DNA from: an uncultured Candidatus Actinomarina sp.
GTDB lineage: Bacteria; Actinomycetota; Acidimicrobiia; Actinomarinales; Actinomarinaceae
Assembly: GCA_902582695.1 (NCBI GenBank)
Contig: CACHTH010000006.1
Location: 929-64,928, forward strand
Direction: 5' to 3'
DNA length: 64,000 nucleotides
In this document: in pieces, positions 20,100-30,618 of the stretch
Numbering within the stretch: position 1 is the first letter of the stretch
Layout: every line of letters starts with the position of its first letter
Made by a program: the position numbers and the translations under genes
Notes under the pieces: model-generated
The model's input: only the letters and a program-made list of their open reading frames with translations
Database searches by the model: none
What the model was told of the DNA's origin: nothing

Positions 20100-21274
20100 T
20101 CGACAATCTCTCTGAATTTACCTATATAATTACTTTCCTTTAGTTTTTCTTCAATAAATTTTTTGTTACTTTTAGCTTGATCCTTAACTATCTCTTCATG
20201 TCTTAATAGCTTTAACTTTTTTAGTAAATCAATTTCATTATTTGCTTTAAAAGCAAAAGGATTGTCCTTCGGAAAAAATTCTTGAATACCACCACTAGAT
20301 GGATATATTGAGTTTATCTGAAGTTTTGATGCTTCAGATAAAAGAGTTGGTTGTCCCTCATACAGACTCGTATTTGTTATTGTTGTGTATGAATTTTTGA
20401 TCAAGGACAAAACTTCAAAATTTGTTAATTTTCCTGTGAATATAATTTTTTCGTTATCTTTATATTTATATTTTAACTTTTCCAATAATGGTCCATCTCC
20501 AGCAATTACTAAAGTCTTTTCAAAATTAACAAGCAAGTTGTATGTTGAAATTAATGAATCTACCCCTTTTTCTTCAGAAACTAATCCTGCGTATATCAAA
20601 TAATTATTTTTTTTAATTTTAAATTTAAACCCTTTAACTATATCCTCTGAAATGCTGATTGGATTTATTAGAGTGTTTATATTTTTAGTATTCATACCCA
20701 AATCTATTAAGTATTTTTTTTGAAATTCTGTAAGAGTTATAATTTTTATGTTTTTAAGCAACTTAAAATATTTTTTACTGTACCTAATTAATATCAACGA
20801 CTTTAAATAAGAGTCTTGAAAATATTTATTAAAGATAATATTAGAGCTTGATTTCATACCGCAGGCTTTACATTTTTCCTGTTTCTTTAAATGCGGTTTC
20901 TTAGTGAAGTATCTTCCACAATCAAACCTATAGTTATGTAGTTTTAAATAATATTTAACACCTTTATTATCAAGTATTTTAAATATACCAAGTGATGGCT
21001 TGAACCAGGTGTTGTGAATGTAAACTAAGTCTGGATTGAATTTGTTTAATTTTTCAGTAAGGATTTTATTTGCATTTGGGTTCTTGTTTCTGATAAAAGA
21101 AAAAATTTGTTTAAAAAAATTATCAGTATCTTTATTTGAAAAATAAAGGGTTTCAACATTAAAGTATTTTTTTAATGTTGCTACTTCGCTATCTACAGCA
21201 ATATCTTCTCCCCCAGTTATTCTGTATTTTGTATGAATAACAAGAATTTTTTTCATTATTATGAGCATAAACAA
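20096..21274 (-). CDS. GT4-family glycosyltransferase
   Basis: ILVIHTKYRITGGEDIAV N-terminus and SLYEGQPTLLSEASKLQ C-terminal motif. An alternative start lies at 21256. Confidence 0.65.
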   Translation of the reverse strand: MFMLIIMKKILVIHTKYRITGGEDIAVDSEVATLKKYFNVETLYFSNKDTDNFFKQIFSFIRNKNPNANKILTEKLNKFNPDLVYIHNTWFKPSLGIFKILDNKGVKYYLKLHNYRFDCGRYFTKKPHLKKQEKCKACGMKSSSNIIFNKYFQDSYLKSLILIRYSKKYFKLLKNIKIITLTEFQKKYLIDLGMNTKNINTLINPISISEDIVKGFKFKIKKNNYLIYAGLVSEEKGVDSLISTYNLLVNFEKTLVIAGDGPLLEKLKYKYKDNEKIIFTGKLTNFEVLSLIKNSYTTITNTSLYEGQPTLLSEASKLQINSIYPSSGGIQEFFPKDNPFAFKANNEIDLLKKLKLLRHEEIVKDQAKSNKKFIEEKLKESNYIGKFREIVE

Positions 21275-21357
21275 AAAATAATTCTTTATGAATAGTTTTT
21301 AATTTTCAATAAAGTTAAATATTGATACTTCTAAACATTCGTTTATGATTAGCTAAG

Positions 21358-22494
21358 ATGAAGATTCTTTTAGTATTCACATTCAATACTTCATTAAAAA
21401 TTTGGCATGAACAGGGAATTTTAAATAGAGAATTAAAGGTTTATAGAGATTTAGTAGATAACTTTGGATATAAAATTACTTTACTTACTTACGGAAATAA
21501 AAGTGATATAAATATTCTTAAGGAATACGAATTAGAAGACTACTTTGAAATATTGCCAATTTATTCAAATACAAATAAGTCTAATTTTAAAATTATTAAT
21601 ATTTTCACGTCTATTAAATATACTTTGAAAATTTATCGTAACAATAATTATTTTGATATTGTAAAAACAAATCAACTTTATGGTTCATGGGTTGCCATTT
21701 TTTACAAACTTTTAACAAAAAATAAATTAATAATTCGAACAGGATATAATTCAGTAGCTTTTGCTAAATTTGAAAATAAATCTAAAGTAAAAATCCTACT
21801 GTTTACTTTACTTTCAAAAATATCTTTAATTTTTTGTGATTTATATGTAACAACTAACAAAGATGATATAAATTTGATTACAAAAAATAAATCTTTGCAA
21901 AAAAAAATAATATATCAGCCAAATTTTGTAGATATTGCTGAAAGAGACGTAAAACAAATAGAACAGAGGGAATTTAATACTCTTTTTTCTGTTGGTAGAT
22001 TAGAGGAACAAAAGAACCATACAAAGTTAATTGAAATGCTAAAAAACTCCAAATACAAATTAAGAATTGTTGGGGAAGGCAAGCTGAGGGATACATTGAT
22101 AGAACTCTCAAAAAAATATAATATTGAACTTGAGCTTTCTAGCAACTTAGATCATGATCTGTTGTTAGAAACCTATTCAGAATATTTGTTTTATATACAA
22201 CTTTCAAAATTTGAAGGAAACCCTAAAACAATTCTTGAGGCTATGGGGGCTGGCTGTGTTGTAATTACTACTAATGTTTATGGAATAAAGAACATTATCA
22301 AGCATGAAGAAAATGGAATTCTCATAAAAGCAAACGATGATCTTTCATTAATTATTGACAACCTACTTCTAGATAATGGATTGATTAATAAGATATCTAC
22401 AAATGCAAAAGAAACTGTTTTTGATAATTTTTCATATGAAAACTATTTAAGTATTGAAGTTAAAAATTATGAAAGTTTAAATATCATAAATTAA
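21358..22494 (+). CDS. GT4-family glycosyltransferase
   Basis: VGRLEEQKN and SKFEGNPKTILEAMGAGCVVITTNVYG motifs. Confidence 0.75.
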   Translation: MKILLVFTFNTSLKIWHEQGILNRELKVYRDLVDNFGYKITLLTYGNKSDINILKEYELEDYFEILPIYSNTNKSNFKIINIFTSIKYTLKIYRNNNYFDIVKTNQLYGSWVAIFYKLLTKNKLIIRTGYNSVAFAKFENKSKVKILLFTLLSKISLIFCDLYVTTNKDDINLITKNKSLQKKIIYQPNFVDIAERDVKQIEQREFNTLFSVGRLEEQKNHTKLIEMLKNSKYKLRIVGEGKLRDTLIELSKKYNIELELSSNLDHDLLLETYSEYLFYIQLSKFEGNPKTILEAMGAGCVVITTNVYGIKNIIKHEENGILIKANDDLSLIIDNLLLDNGLINKISTNAKETVFDNFSYENYLSIEVKNYESLNIIN

Positions 22495-24108
22495 TCTTTT
22501 GTTATCAACTATATCTATTTGAATATGTCTGTCTATTTGTGCAAAACTTGTCGGATCGTGGGTAGAATTTACAACAGTTATATTTTTATCTGTCAATATT
22601 TCTAAAATTAAAGATTTTGTATTCCTATCAAGGTTTGATGTTGACTCATCAAGCAAAAGGATTTCAACATTTGAGAGTATGGCTCTGATAAATCCAACTT
22701 TTTGCATTTGTCCAGATGACAATGATGTGTTGGTTACTTGCCGTCCTAAGATATCTTTATTAACAACATCAAACAATTTAAACATTTCACAAGTTTCCAG
22801 AATTTTACTTTCATCAACAACATCTGTATTACCGTACAATAAATTTTCTTTTAGTGACGTTGATAGAATCAGAGGTGTAGGACCAATATAACCTAATTTT
22901 TCTCTTGCTATCCTTATACTTCCACTTTGATGAATTAACATGCCGGAGATTAAACCTAATAATGTACTTTTGCCAGAACCATTTTGGCCAGTAATTACTG
23001 TATGAGTATTTTTATTAATATTTAGGTTTAAATTTTCAAATATCCACTCTGTCGAATTTCGATATTTAAAATTAACAGAGTTGATTTCAACATCGTTATC
23101 TTCCAAGCTTTTAGAAAAGTTATAGTCATGATGAAAATCAGCGTCATCAATATCAACAGCTTCTTTAAGCTTTTGTATATGTATCTGGGAGTTTATTACT
23201 CTACTAAAAGCACCAGCAATTCCACCTAAAGATTGAAACAATCTAAGCGTAATAACAATATAATCTAAAGTAATAAAAGTGAAGTTGCCAAAATAAGCGA
23301 TGAAAACAGAGAATGTAAAAATTGTTAAAAAGCTTGGAAAGTCAGCACTTAGGATATTATATAAATGGTTTTTTAATTGACCGTCTGCAACTTGATCGGA
23401 AGTTTCAGAAAATTTTCTAAGTTCATCTTGATCTTTTTTTAATATTTTAATTAAGTAAATGTTATCGATAACTTTTTGAATTTCTTCATCAGATTTCTTT
23501 TCAAATAAAAATGTCTTGTGCATGTAGTTTTTAGAACTAATCACCAACTTTTTTATTGGAACTATTAAAACTATTACTCCGATTGAGAAAGCTGCAATAA
23601 TTGATGGGTTTGAAAATACTAAATAAACAAAATAAACCGTTGATTGAATAACAAAGTTTAAAAAATTAGTTAAAGCAGAGTAAAAAAAAGATACGTGTGA
23701 TGTAATTTTATTAATATAAAAATAAGCATCTGAAATCGAAAAATCTTTTTGCTTAAAAATTTGAGTCATCACATATACTCTTAAGTTTTTTTCTACTGTA
23801 ACTTCAAGGGTTTTCATTAAATATGTTTGAAGTATTTTTGAGCCATATCTAATTACAATTACAAACGGAAGAATATAAATATTATCTTTTACAAAACCTA
23901 CCCACGCCTCAATAATTTGAAATGTGTCAATTTCCCCTGTCAAAAATAATGTAAACGCCAAAATAATTATTATATCTAATAAAACGGTCAGGTTTGAAGT
24001 TATTAATGCAGCAAAAATAATAAATTTTTTATTTAATGTACCTGTCAGTTTGGAAACAAATAAAATATCATGAAAAATTTCTTTGAGCTGGTTTAGTCTA
24101 TTTTTCAT
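22477..24108 (-). CDS. fused TMD-NBD ABC exporter (MsbA/PglK-like)
   Basis: Six N-terminal hydrophobic segments. Walker A GQNGSGKST, signature LSSGQMQK, Walker B LLLDEST. Confidence 0.8.
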   Translation of the reverse strand: MKNRLNQLKEIFHDILFVSKLTGTLNKKFIIFAALITSNLTVLLDIIIILAFTLFLTGEIDTFQIIEAWVGFVKDNIYILPFVIVIRYGSKILQTYLMKTLEVTVEKNLRVYVMTQIFKQKDFSISDAYFYINKITSHVSFFYSALTNFLNFVIQSTVYFVYLVFSNPSIIAAFSIGVIVLIVPIKKLVISSKNYMHKTFLFEKKSDEEIQKVIDNIYLIKILKKDQDELRKFSETSDQVADGQLKNHLYNILSADFPSFLTIFTFSVFIAYFGNFTFITLDYIVITLRLFQSLGGIAGAFSRVINSQIHIQKLKEAVDIDDADFHHDYNFSKSLEDNDVEINSVNFKYRNSTEWIFENLNLNINKNTHTVITGQNGSGKSTLLGLISGMLIHQSGSIRIAREKLGYIGPTPLILSTSLKENLLYGNTDVVDESKILETCEMFKLFDVVNKDILGRQVTNTSLSSGQMQKVGFIRAILSNVEILLLDESTSNLDRNTKSLILEILTDKNITVVNSTHDPTSFAQIDRHIQIDIVDNKRLIYDI

Positions 24109-24138
24109 AATCTAAATAAAGTATATTTAAAACTGAAC

Positions 24139-25914
24139 TCAATTGGTCAATTTTGTTTTAAATTTATCACTACCTAAAGTCAATAAAAATGCTGATAAAA
24201 AAACTAGTATTGATACATAAGGGTACCTGATTTTTTGTAAATCAACTTTTTTTATTACTCTCTCGATTAAATATATTCTGCAATTTGGACTAGATGACTG
24301 GGCTTTATTAATACTATTATTTGTAATACATATTCCTTTTTCAGTAATAGAAAAATCTTTTCCTAAATTTGTATTTTTGTACTTTTTACAGTCTGTTGAC
24401 AGATTATTTATATTTCCAGAAGGATGAATTTTCTGAATTAAATTATTTTCAAAAAAAATTGAATTATTAATATTGCAAAATAAAGAGTGCTGATTTGAAG
24501 TTGCTAAATATTCAGAAAAATTCTGATTATTTGACTTTGGATGCCCAGCAATAAATCCTATTGAAATTAACCAAAATATCAAAAATGCGTATTTAAGAAA
24601 CTTTATAGATTTTATTAATTCAAGGTATTTTATAACAACAAATACAAATGCTATAGAAATTAAAAAACTGTAATAAAAAGCTTTGTATGTATCACCAAGG
24701 TAGGGATTAAAGTTATTAGATGGAAACCCTAAAGAGTTGATGTATAAAGTAAAAATACCGAGAAAAGGCATCAAGTAATACTTTCGATAACTTTTAAAAA
24801 TAAATATAAAAATAACTAAAGAAATATAAAAGAAAAAAGAATATAAATTAGATAATGTCTTTCTAATTAAATTTAAATTTGTATCAAAAATAGAACTAAA
24901 AGGGCCTGTATAAAGAATCTGGTTATTACTATTTAATAAACTATTCCCGTCTATAGTAAATAAATCTTTTCTGTTTTTTTCAAAATAATTTAAATCAAAA
25001 TCATAAAGTTGATTGAAATAGTCACCAAATGAATCAAGAATTGTAACATTTATAATGGAGTTTGCGTGAATACTGTATTTGTCTATTTGATATTCGTAAT
25101 CGAAGAATGGTTGAGTAAAAATAGTTTTTAAGTTAAACCTAAAAATAGAACTAAACTTTGCTTTATTGTCATAACTTTCGTCATAATCTCTTTCAAAAAG
25201 ATGATTATTTGTGATTTCGTAATTCTCGTATAGAACTATTGAAAATACTATAAAAAATATTATTAAAAATATATAGTATTTTTTATACTCAAAATTTTTT
25301 ATATCTGAAAAATAAGCAAGCACTAGATACAAAATTGCCATTCCCGCTAATGATCCTTTAGAGGAAAGTATTGTAATTAAAAAAGGAGCTGCAAAATACA
25401 AATTTATAATGTTTTTATCTTTTTTGTAGTTTTCTATAAAATAAATAATCCATGGAAAAAAAGAAAAAGCAATAATTTCTGGCTTCATAACAGCTCTTAT
25501 ATACATTGCTTGTGGAAAAAAATTTAAAATTGATAATGTGAAAATTATTAATTTTTTATCAAAATTGTAAAAATAAAGTAATTTATATAAGCCAAGCAAC
25601 CCTATTAAATAAAAAACCAAATTTGTGTTTTGTACTGCATAACTTAAAATAATTTCAAGACTTCTCTCATCAATAAAATTTAAATTTATCTTAAAAAGAT
25701 TAGAAACTATTAGATAATATAAGCTTCCTTGGCCGTAACTTATATCAACATCTAGACCAAAAAAATAGTTTATATAATCATAATATTTGTTGAAATCAAC
25801 GTTTCTAGGAGAAAGGTAATAAAAGTTTATCCACACAGTAGAAATATATGTAGATACAAATAAGAGGAAATAGTCAATTAAATATTTTTTATTTGTTTTT
25901 AACAAACTAAACAT
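24139..25914 (-). CDS. large polytopic membrane protein, possible GT-C-type glycosyltransferase
   Basis: 591 aa with many hydrophobic segments and an acidic first loop (NVDFNKYYDY). Sits directly upstream of the ABC exporter on the same strand. Confidence 0.4.
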   Translation of the reverse strand: MFSLLKTNKKYLIDYFLLFVSTYISTVWINFYYLSPRNVDFNKYYDYINYFFGLDVDISYGQGSLYYLIVSNLFKINLNFIDERSLEIILSYAVQNTNLVFYLIGLLGLYKLLYFYNFDKKLIIFTLSILNFFPQAMYIRAVMKPEIIAFSFFPWIIYFIENYKKDKNIINLYFAAPFLITILSSKGSLAGMAILYLVLAYFSDIKNFEYKKYYIFLIIFFIVFSIVLYENYEITNNHLFERDYDESYDNKAKFSSIFRFNLKTIFTQPFFDYEYQIDKYSIHANSIINVTILDSFGDYFNQLYDFDLNYFEKNRKDLFTIDGNSLLNSNNQILYTGPFSSIFDTNLNLIRKTLSNLYSFFFYISLVIFIFIFKSYRKYYLMPFLGIFTLYINSLGFPSNNFNPYLGDTYKAFYYSFLISIAFVFVVIKYLELIKSIKFLKYAFLIFWLISIGFIAGHPKSNNQNFSEYLATSNQHSLFCNINNSIFFENNLIQKIHPSGNINNLSTDCKKYKNTNLGKDFSITEKGICITNNSINKAQSSSPNCRIYLIERVIKKVDLQKIRYPYVSILVFLSAFLLTLGSDKFKTKLTN

Positions 25915-26002
25915 CCCATCTGGTTATTTTAATATATTGAATTTAAACAACTTTAATAGAAAATTAAAACTTATTATAAATAATTCCAATTAATCTTTAC
26001 TT

Positions 26003-26677
26003 ATGCACGAAATAAATCTCATCCACTACACAAAGCTCACCGAAAGACTCACTGTGATTGAGAAACAATTTAAAGACTCTATTTTTACACTTAAAATTAT
26101 AAATGAATGTGATAAAGAAGACTTAACTAAAGAAGAATTAAAAATATTTGATACTGATTATTTGTCTAAAGGTGAAATTTCCTGCTTTATGAAGCATGTA
26201 AAAGTATATGAAAAACTTGTGGAAAATCATAAAGAAAATTTTGCGATTGTAATTGAAGATGATATTTCGATAGAAAAAAATTTTGATAAAAAATTATTGA
26301 CTCTTCTAAATAAACTTCCAAGTGATTTTGATTTTGTATTTTTTGGCGCAAGTAAGTTAGACATGCATATTCCACTATTTAAAAGAAGGCCTTTAAAAAG
26401 AATGTACAAAAAAATAAACACCCCTACAGATTGGGGTGGGAATGGAATGAGTAAAACAACTGATTCTTACGTAGTTTCAAAAAAAGGAGCTAAAAATATA
26501 CTAGATCGAATCGCAAAATCAAAAATTTTAGATGATGCTCTTGATTTTTGGCTAAATCAATCTGCAAGAGAATTGAGTTTAAATGGTTATTGGTACGAAC
26601 CCACGATAACAAAATACAATGATCAGTTTGAATCAAACTTAGCAACTCAATATAACAATGTTGAAAGTAAAAATTAA
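26003..26677 (+). CDS. GT25-family glycosyltransferase
   Basis: LSKGEISCFMKHVKVYEKL...AIVIEDDISI matches GT25 (LOS galactosyltransferase-like) blocks. Confidence 0.6.
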   Translation: MHEINLIHYTKLTERLTVIEKQFKDSIFTLKIINECDKEDLTKEELKIFDTDYLSKGEISCFMKHVKVYEKLVENHKENFAIVIEDDISIEKNFDKKLLTLLNKLPSDFDFVFFGASKLDMHIPLFKRRPLKRMYKKINTPTDWGGNGMSKTTDSYVVSKKGAKNILDRIAKSKILDDALDFWLNQSARELSLNGYWYEPTITKYNDQFESNLATQYNNVESKN

Positions 26678-26680
26678 ATA

Positions 26681-27490
26681 ATGGGTGAATTAAAAAAATT
26701 AATTTCAAAGATACTTTCATTATTTAATTTATCTTTAATCAGAAAAGATAAATTAATAAAACTAGATGTTGAGAGAAAGAAATATAGATATGAGTATGAA
26801 AAACTAGACTTTATATTTTTAAATGACAGAGTCAAAAATCCTGGGAGGCTTTATAAACTAATTGAACTTTCTGAATCACAAATATTTCAAGATTTATTTG
26901 TTATCAATGAATTAGATTTTAAAGAAGATGGTTTTTTTGTTGAAATTGGAGCTGCAGATGGTAAATATTTATCTAATACTTACTTGCTTGAGAAAGAATT
27001 CAAATGGGATGGCCTAGTAGTAGAACCCGCAAAAATTTGGTCAGAAGATATTAAAAAAAATCGGAATTGTTCAATATCGTTAGACTGCGTTCACAGTATA
27101 TCGAATATTTCGATTGAGTTTAATCAAGCAGAGAAACCTGAATTTTCTAGAGCTAATTTGTCAAAAAATATTCCTTCAGACAAACATGAATATCTCAGAC
27201 TTTCAAACAATACTGTTTACGAACTAAAAACAATTTCTATTAACGATCTCTTTGATAAGTATGAAATAAATAATACAATTGATTACCTTTCTATAGACAC
27301 GGAAGGAACGGAATTGGAAATACTAAATTCTTTAGACTTTAAAAAATATGACATAAAAATAATTTCGGTTGAACACAATTTTACTAGTAATAGAGAAGCG
27401 ATTTACAACTTGCTAACTATCAACAATTATGAAAGAGTTCAAGAGAAATATTCAAAGTTTGATGACTGGTATGTAAAAATAAAGAATTAA
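26681..27490 (+). CDS. FkbM-family methyltransferase
   Basis: FFVEIGAADG and YLSIDTEGTELEILNS blocks. Confidence 0.65.
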   Translation: MGELKKLISKILSLFNLSLIRKDKLIKLDVERKKYRYEYEKLDFIFLNDRVKNPGRLYKLIELSESQIFQDLFVINELDFKEDGFFVEIGAADGKYLSNTYLLEKEFKWDGLVVEPAKIWSEDIKKNRNCSISLDCVHSISNISIEFNQAEKPEFSRANLSKNIPSDKHEYLRLSNNTVYELKTISINDLFDKYEINNTIDYLSIDTEGTELEILNSLDFKKYDIKIISVEHNFTSNREAIYNLLTINNYERVQEKYSKFDDWYVKIKN

Positions 27491-28293
27491 ATTTTATATT
27501 TAAATTTAATTCTTTTTTGATTAATTTTATTTTTGATAGTAAATTTTACCTCTTCTTTAAAACCAAATAAATTAAACCCAAATTGGTTTTCGCTAAGACC
27601 TTCAAGTTTATCCTGAATATATTTTGGATGATTTTTTATTTTTGTTTTATTTGTGTGGAACGGATACCTTTCTTTCATCATTGTAAACCACGCATTGAAA
27701 GCTTCTTCATTTGTTGGTCCCCCCCTATCTCCATAATCTTTAAACTCTCTATACCAGGCTCTAGCAAACCTTGCCCTATCTTGAGCAATAATTTCTTTAG
27801 TTCTAAAAGTTGTATCATAATTCCATACAGGAACATCTAAGTGTTTAACAGTAGACTGATTCAAAACAACATTTTCTAGTGTTGGAAGTGCTAAATCTCC
27901 ACCGCCGTTAAATAATATATTTTTATATTTTTTCTTATTTAAAATAACTGTTTCAAAGCTTTTTATTTGATATCTTTCAGGCTCAAAAAACTTATATTTA
28001 GGAAGGGCAATTGCTGGTTCATCTGGATAAAGTTTTATTAATTTTATTAACTTATCAATATCGGTCTCGTGCAGAAGCATATCTATTGATAAATTAATAA
28101 CCCAGTCACCTTCAGATTTATCAAAACCTTCTTGAAACATTTTTCCTAGATCATCCCATTTAAACTCTTGTTCAAGGTCTTGGCCAACAATAACTATATC
28201 ACTTGTTATTGACTTATAACACTCAAGGGCTTCTCTCCAAGGATCCATCCTTTCTTCTGGATTTCTCATATGTGTAAATAGTGAGATTTTCAA
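27487..28293 (-). CDS. hypothetical protein
   Basis: Uninterrupted 268-aa ORF between annotated neighbours. No motif I can name. Confidence 0.4.
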   Translation of the reverse strand: MKISLFTHMRNPEERMDPWREALECYKSITSDIVIVGQDLEQEFKWDDLGKMFQEGFDKSEGDWVINLSIDMLLHETDIDKLIKLIKLYPDEPAIALPKYKFFEPERYQIKSFETVILNKKKYKNILFNGGGDLALPTLENVVLNQSTVKHLDVPVWNYDTTFRTKEIIAQDRARFARAWYREFKDYGDRGGPTNEEAFNAWFTMMKERYPFHTNKTKIKNHPKYIQDKLEGLSENQFGFNLFGFKEEVKFTIKNKINQKRIKFKYKI

Positions 28294-28385
28294 TACACTT
28301 AGCTCCTAAATTTAACAACTATAAACGATATTATTTAAACTAGTTTCACTATACAATTGTATAATAAAAAACTAATTAATAAATA

Positions 28386-29486
28386 ATGAAAGTACCATTT
28401 AACGATTTATCTAGAATACACAATCCAATAAAAAATAATGTTTTAAGTAAATTTAGTAAAGTCATAGACAAAAATGATTTTATTCTAAATAATGATGTGA
28501 ATACTTTTGAAAAAAATTTTTCAAAATATACAAATCAAAAATATTCAATTTCTTGTGCTAATGGAACTGATGCTATTGAATTAATATTAAGAGGATTAGG
28601 AATAGGTAAAAATGATGAAGTTATTGTTCCTGTAAACACTTATATTGCAACATCCTTTGCTGTTGATAATGTTGGAGCAAAACCTGTTTTCGTAGACAAC
28701 GATCAATACTATTTAATTAATATAGAAAAAATAAAAGAAAAAATTAATAAAAATACTAAAGCAATTATTGGGGTAAATCTCTATGGTCAAATGTGCAACG
28801 TTAAAGAATTAAAAAAATTATGTAAAGATTATAATTTATATTTTATAGAAGATGCTGCTCAAGCGCATGGAGCAACTCAGTCAAGTTTAAATATTGGTGA
28901 TAACTCTATTGCAGCTTCATATAGTTTTTATCCTGGAAAAAATCTTGGTGCTTGGGGTGATGGTGGAATAGTCACTACAAACTCTTATAGTTTGTATAAG
29001 AAATTATTTAAAATAAGAAATTTTGGTAGTGAAATTAAGTATTACCATGAAATGAAGGGAGTAAATACAAAACTTCAGCCAATTCAAGCTATATTATTAA
29101 ATGAAAAATTAAAATATATTGACCAATGGAACAATGAACGCAGGGGAATTGCTGAAACTTACCTGGATGCATTTGATGGAATAAAAAAGCTAAAATTACC
29201 AAAAAAATATTTCTCTAACACCCATGTATGGCATTTATTCGTAATAGAAGTAGCCAACAGAAACAAATTTATTGCACATTGTAAAGACAACAATATTGAA
29301 ACAGGAATTCACTATCCTTATCCAATTATTAAACAAAAAGCTTATAAAGATCATTTTCAAAATAAAGAAGTATTTGAAGAATCATTTTCTCAATATTATA
29401 AGTTAGTTACTTTGCCAGTTTTTCCAAAGATGCAAAAAAAAGAAGTAAGTCATGTTATCAATACTGTAAAGAACTATTTCAAGTAA
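28386..29486 (+). CDS. DegT/DnrJ/EryC1/StrS-family sugar aminotransferase
   Basis: The PLP-lysine motif is retained in SFYPGKNLGAWGDGGIVTT. 366 aa. Confidence 0.8.
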   Translation: MKVPFNDLSRIHNPIKNNVLSKFSKVIDKNDFILNNDVNTFEKNFSKYTNQKYSISCANGTDAIELILRGLGIGKNDEVIVPVNTYIATSFAVDNVGAKPVFVDNDQYYLINIEKIKEKINKNTKAIIGVNLYGQMCNVKELKKLCKDYNLYFIEDAAQAHGATQSSLNIGDNSIAASYSFYPGKNLGAWGDGGIVTTNSYSLYKKLFKIRNFGSEIKYYHEMKGVNTKLQPIQAILLNEKLKYIDQWNNERRGIAETYLDAFDGIKKLKLPKKYFSNTHVWHLFVIEVANRNKFIAHCKDNNIETGIHYPYPIIKQKAYKDHFQNKEVFEESFSQYYKLVTLPVFPKMQKKEVSHVINTVKNYFK

Positions 29487-30603
29487 TTGTTTCAATCAGT
29501 TTTTCAATCTTCGTAACAAAAATTTCAAGATTATATTTATTTTTTATTAAATCTTTGCCATTCAATGATACTTTTTCAATAAGTTGAGGATTTTTATTTA
29601 ATATTCTGATTAATTTTGCCCAATCATCATATTTAAAATGTTCAATAAAAAAGATATTTTCATTATTAATAAAAATATCTTTTTCCCAAAATCCATCAAA
29701 TTTTGATATTAGTACAGGAGTTCCTGTAGCCATCGATTGTAGTGCTACACTTTGTCCTGAAGGTTGGATTGTATTTTTTATTGGTAAAATTGTTAAAAAA
29801 GATTGACTATAGAATTTGCTTAGCTCTTTATCGCTCATGTACCCCTTAGACCAATTACCAGCAACGAAATTGACATTCTTTTGCTCTTTGTAATCTTTTA
29901 TTTGATCAGAAATAATTATAAAATTAAATTCTGGTAAAAACTTGGGAAGTTCTTTAATAAAGTCATAATTACGATTGCCATCATTGCCAATAAATAAAAT
30001 TTGATTATTTATCTTTTCAGTTTTTTTCTTATTTAAGTTCCAAAAATTGTAGTCAACAGCAAAAGAAATGAATATAAACTTTTCTTCATATTGTGGGTAT
30101 TTCTTTAATGCAAATTCGTATTCTGATTTCCCTAGAAATATAAATTTATCAACAGTTTTGATAAATATAGATAAGAAAAATGGTCTTAAAATTTTTTGAT
30201 AAATTTTTAAATTTTCATGTTCCTTAAGTAAACCCATAACAAATACAATGCTTTTTATATTTTTATTAAATTTCAATATTGGAAAAAAACTAAAGGCAAG
30301 CCTATCATTACTAAAAATTAGAAGATCGCTATTTTTAATCCTCTTAAGATTTTCCTTAATATATATTTCATGAAAATGAAATTGTAAAAAAATTAATTTA
30401 GTTAATAGTATGTCAATTTTTTGTAATATAGATAAATATTTTGTCTTTGATTTGGTAAATGGATATATCTCTAATATTTTTGTATCATATTTTTTATTAT
30501 TGTTTAAAAGATGAAATCCATAGTAAAAATCTTTTGCGAAGCTATCTTGATCATTTATTTTTTCTAGCCTTCCTCCTCCAAAAATGTATGTAATTTTTTT
30601 CAT
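29479..30603 (-). CDS. GT4-like glycosyltransferase
   Basis: C-terminal PSGQSVALQSMATGTPVLIS motif. Confidence 0.55.
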   Translation of the reverse strand: MKKITYIFGGGRLEKINDQDSFAKDFYYGFHLLNNNKKYDTKILEIYPFTKSKTKYLSILQKIDILLTKLIFLQFHFHEIYIKENLKRIKNSDLLIFSNDRLAFSFFPILKFNKNIKSIVFVMGLLKEHENLKIYQKILRPFFLSIFIKTVDKFIFLGKSEYEFALKKYPQYEEKFIFISFAVDYNFWNLNKKKTEKINNQILFIGNDGNRNYDFIKELPKFLPEFNFIIISDQIKDYKEQKNVNFVAGNWSKGYMSDKELSKFYSQSFLTILPIKNTIQPSGQSVALQSMATGTPVLISKFDGFWEKDIFINNENIFFIEHFKYDDWAKLIRILNKNPQLIEKVSLNGKDLIKNKYNLEIFVTKIEKLIETIT

Positions 30604-30618
30604 CTATATAAGTAAGGC

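Noticed and set aside
28350-28363. Perfect 14-bp palindrome TATACAATTGTATA in a divergent promoter region
   Set aside because: In DNA this AT-rich, I would expect perfect 14-bp palindromes to arise by chance. There is no second copy and no associated regulator.
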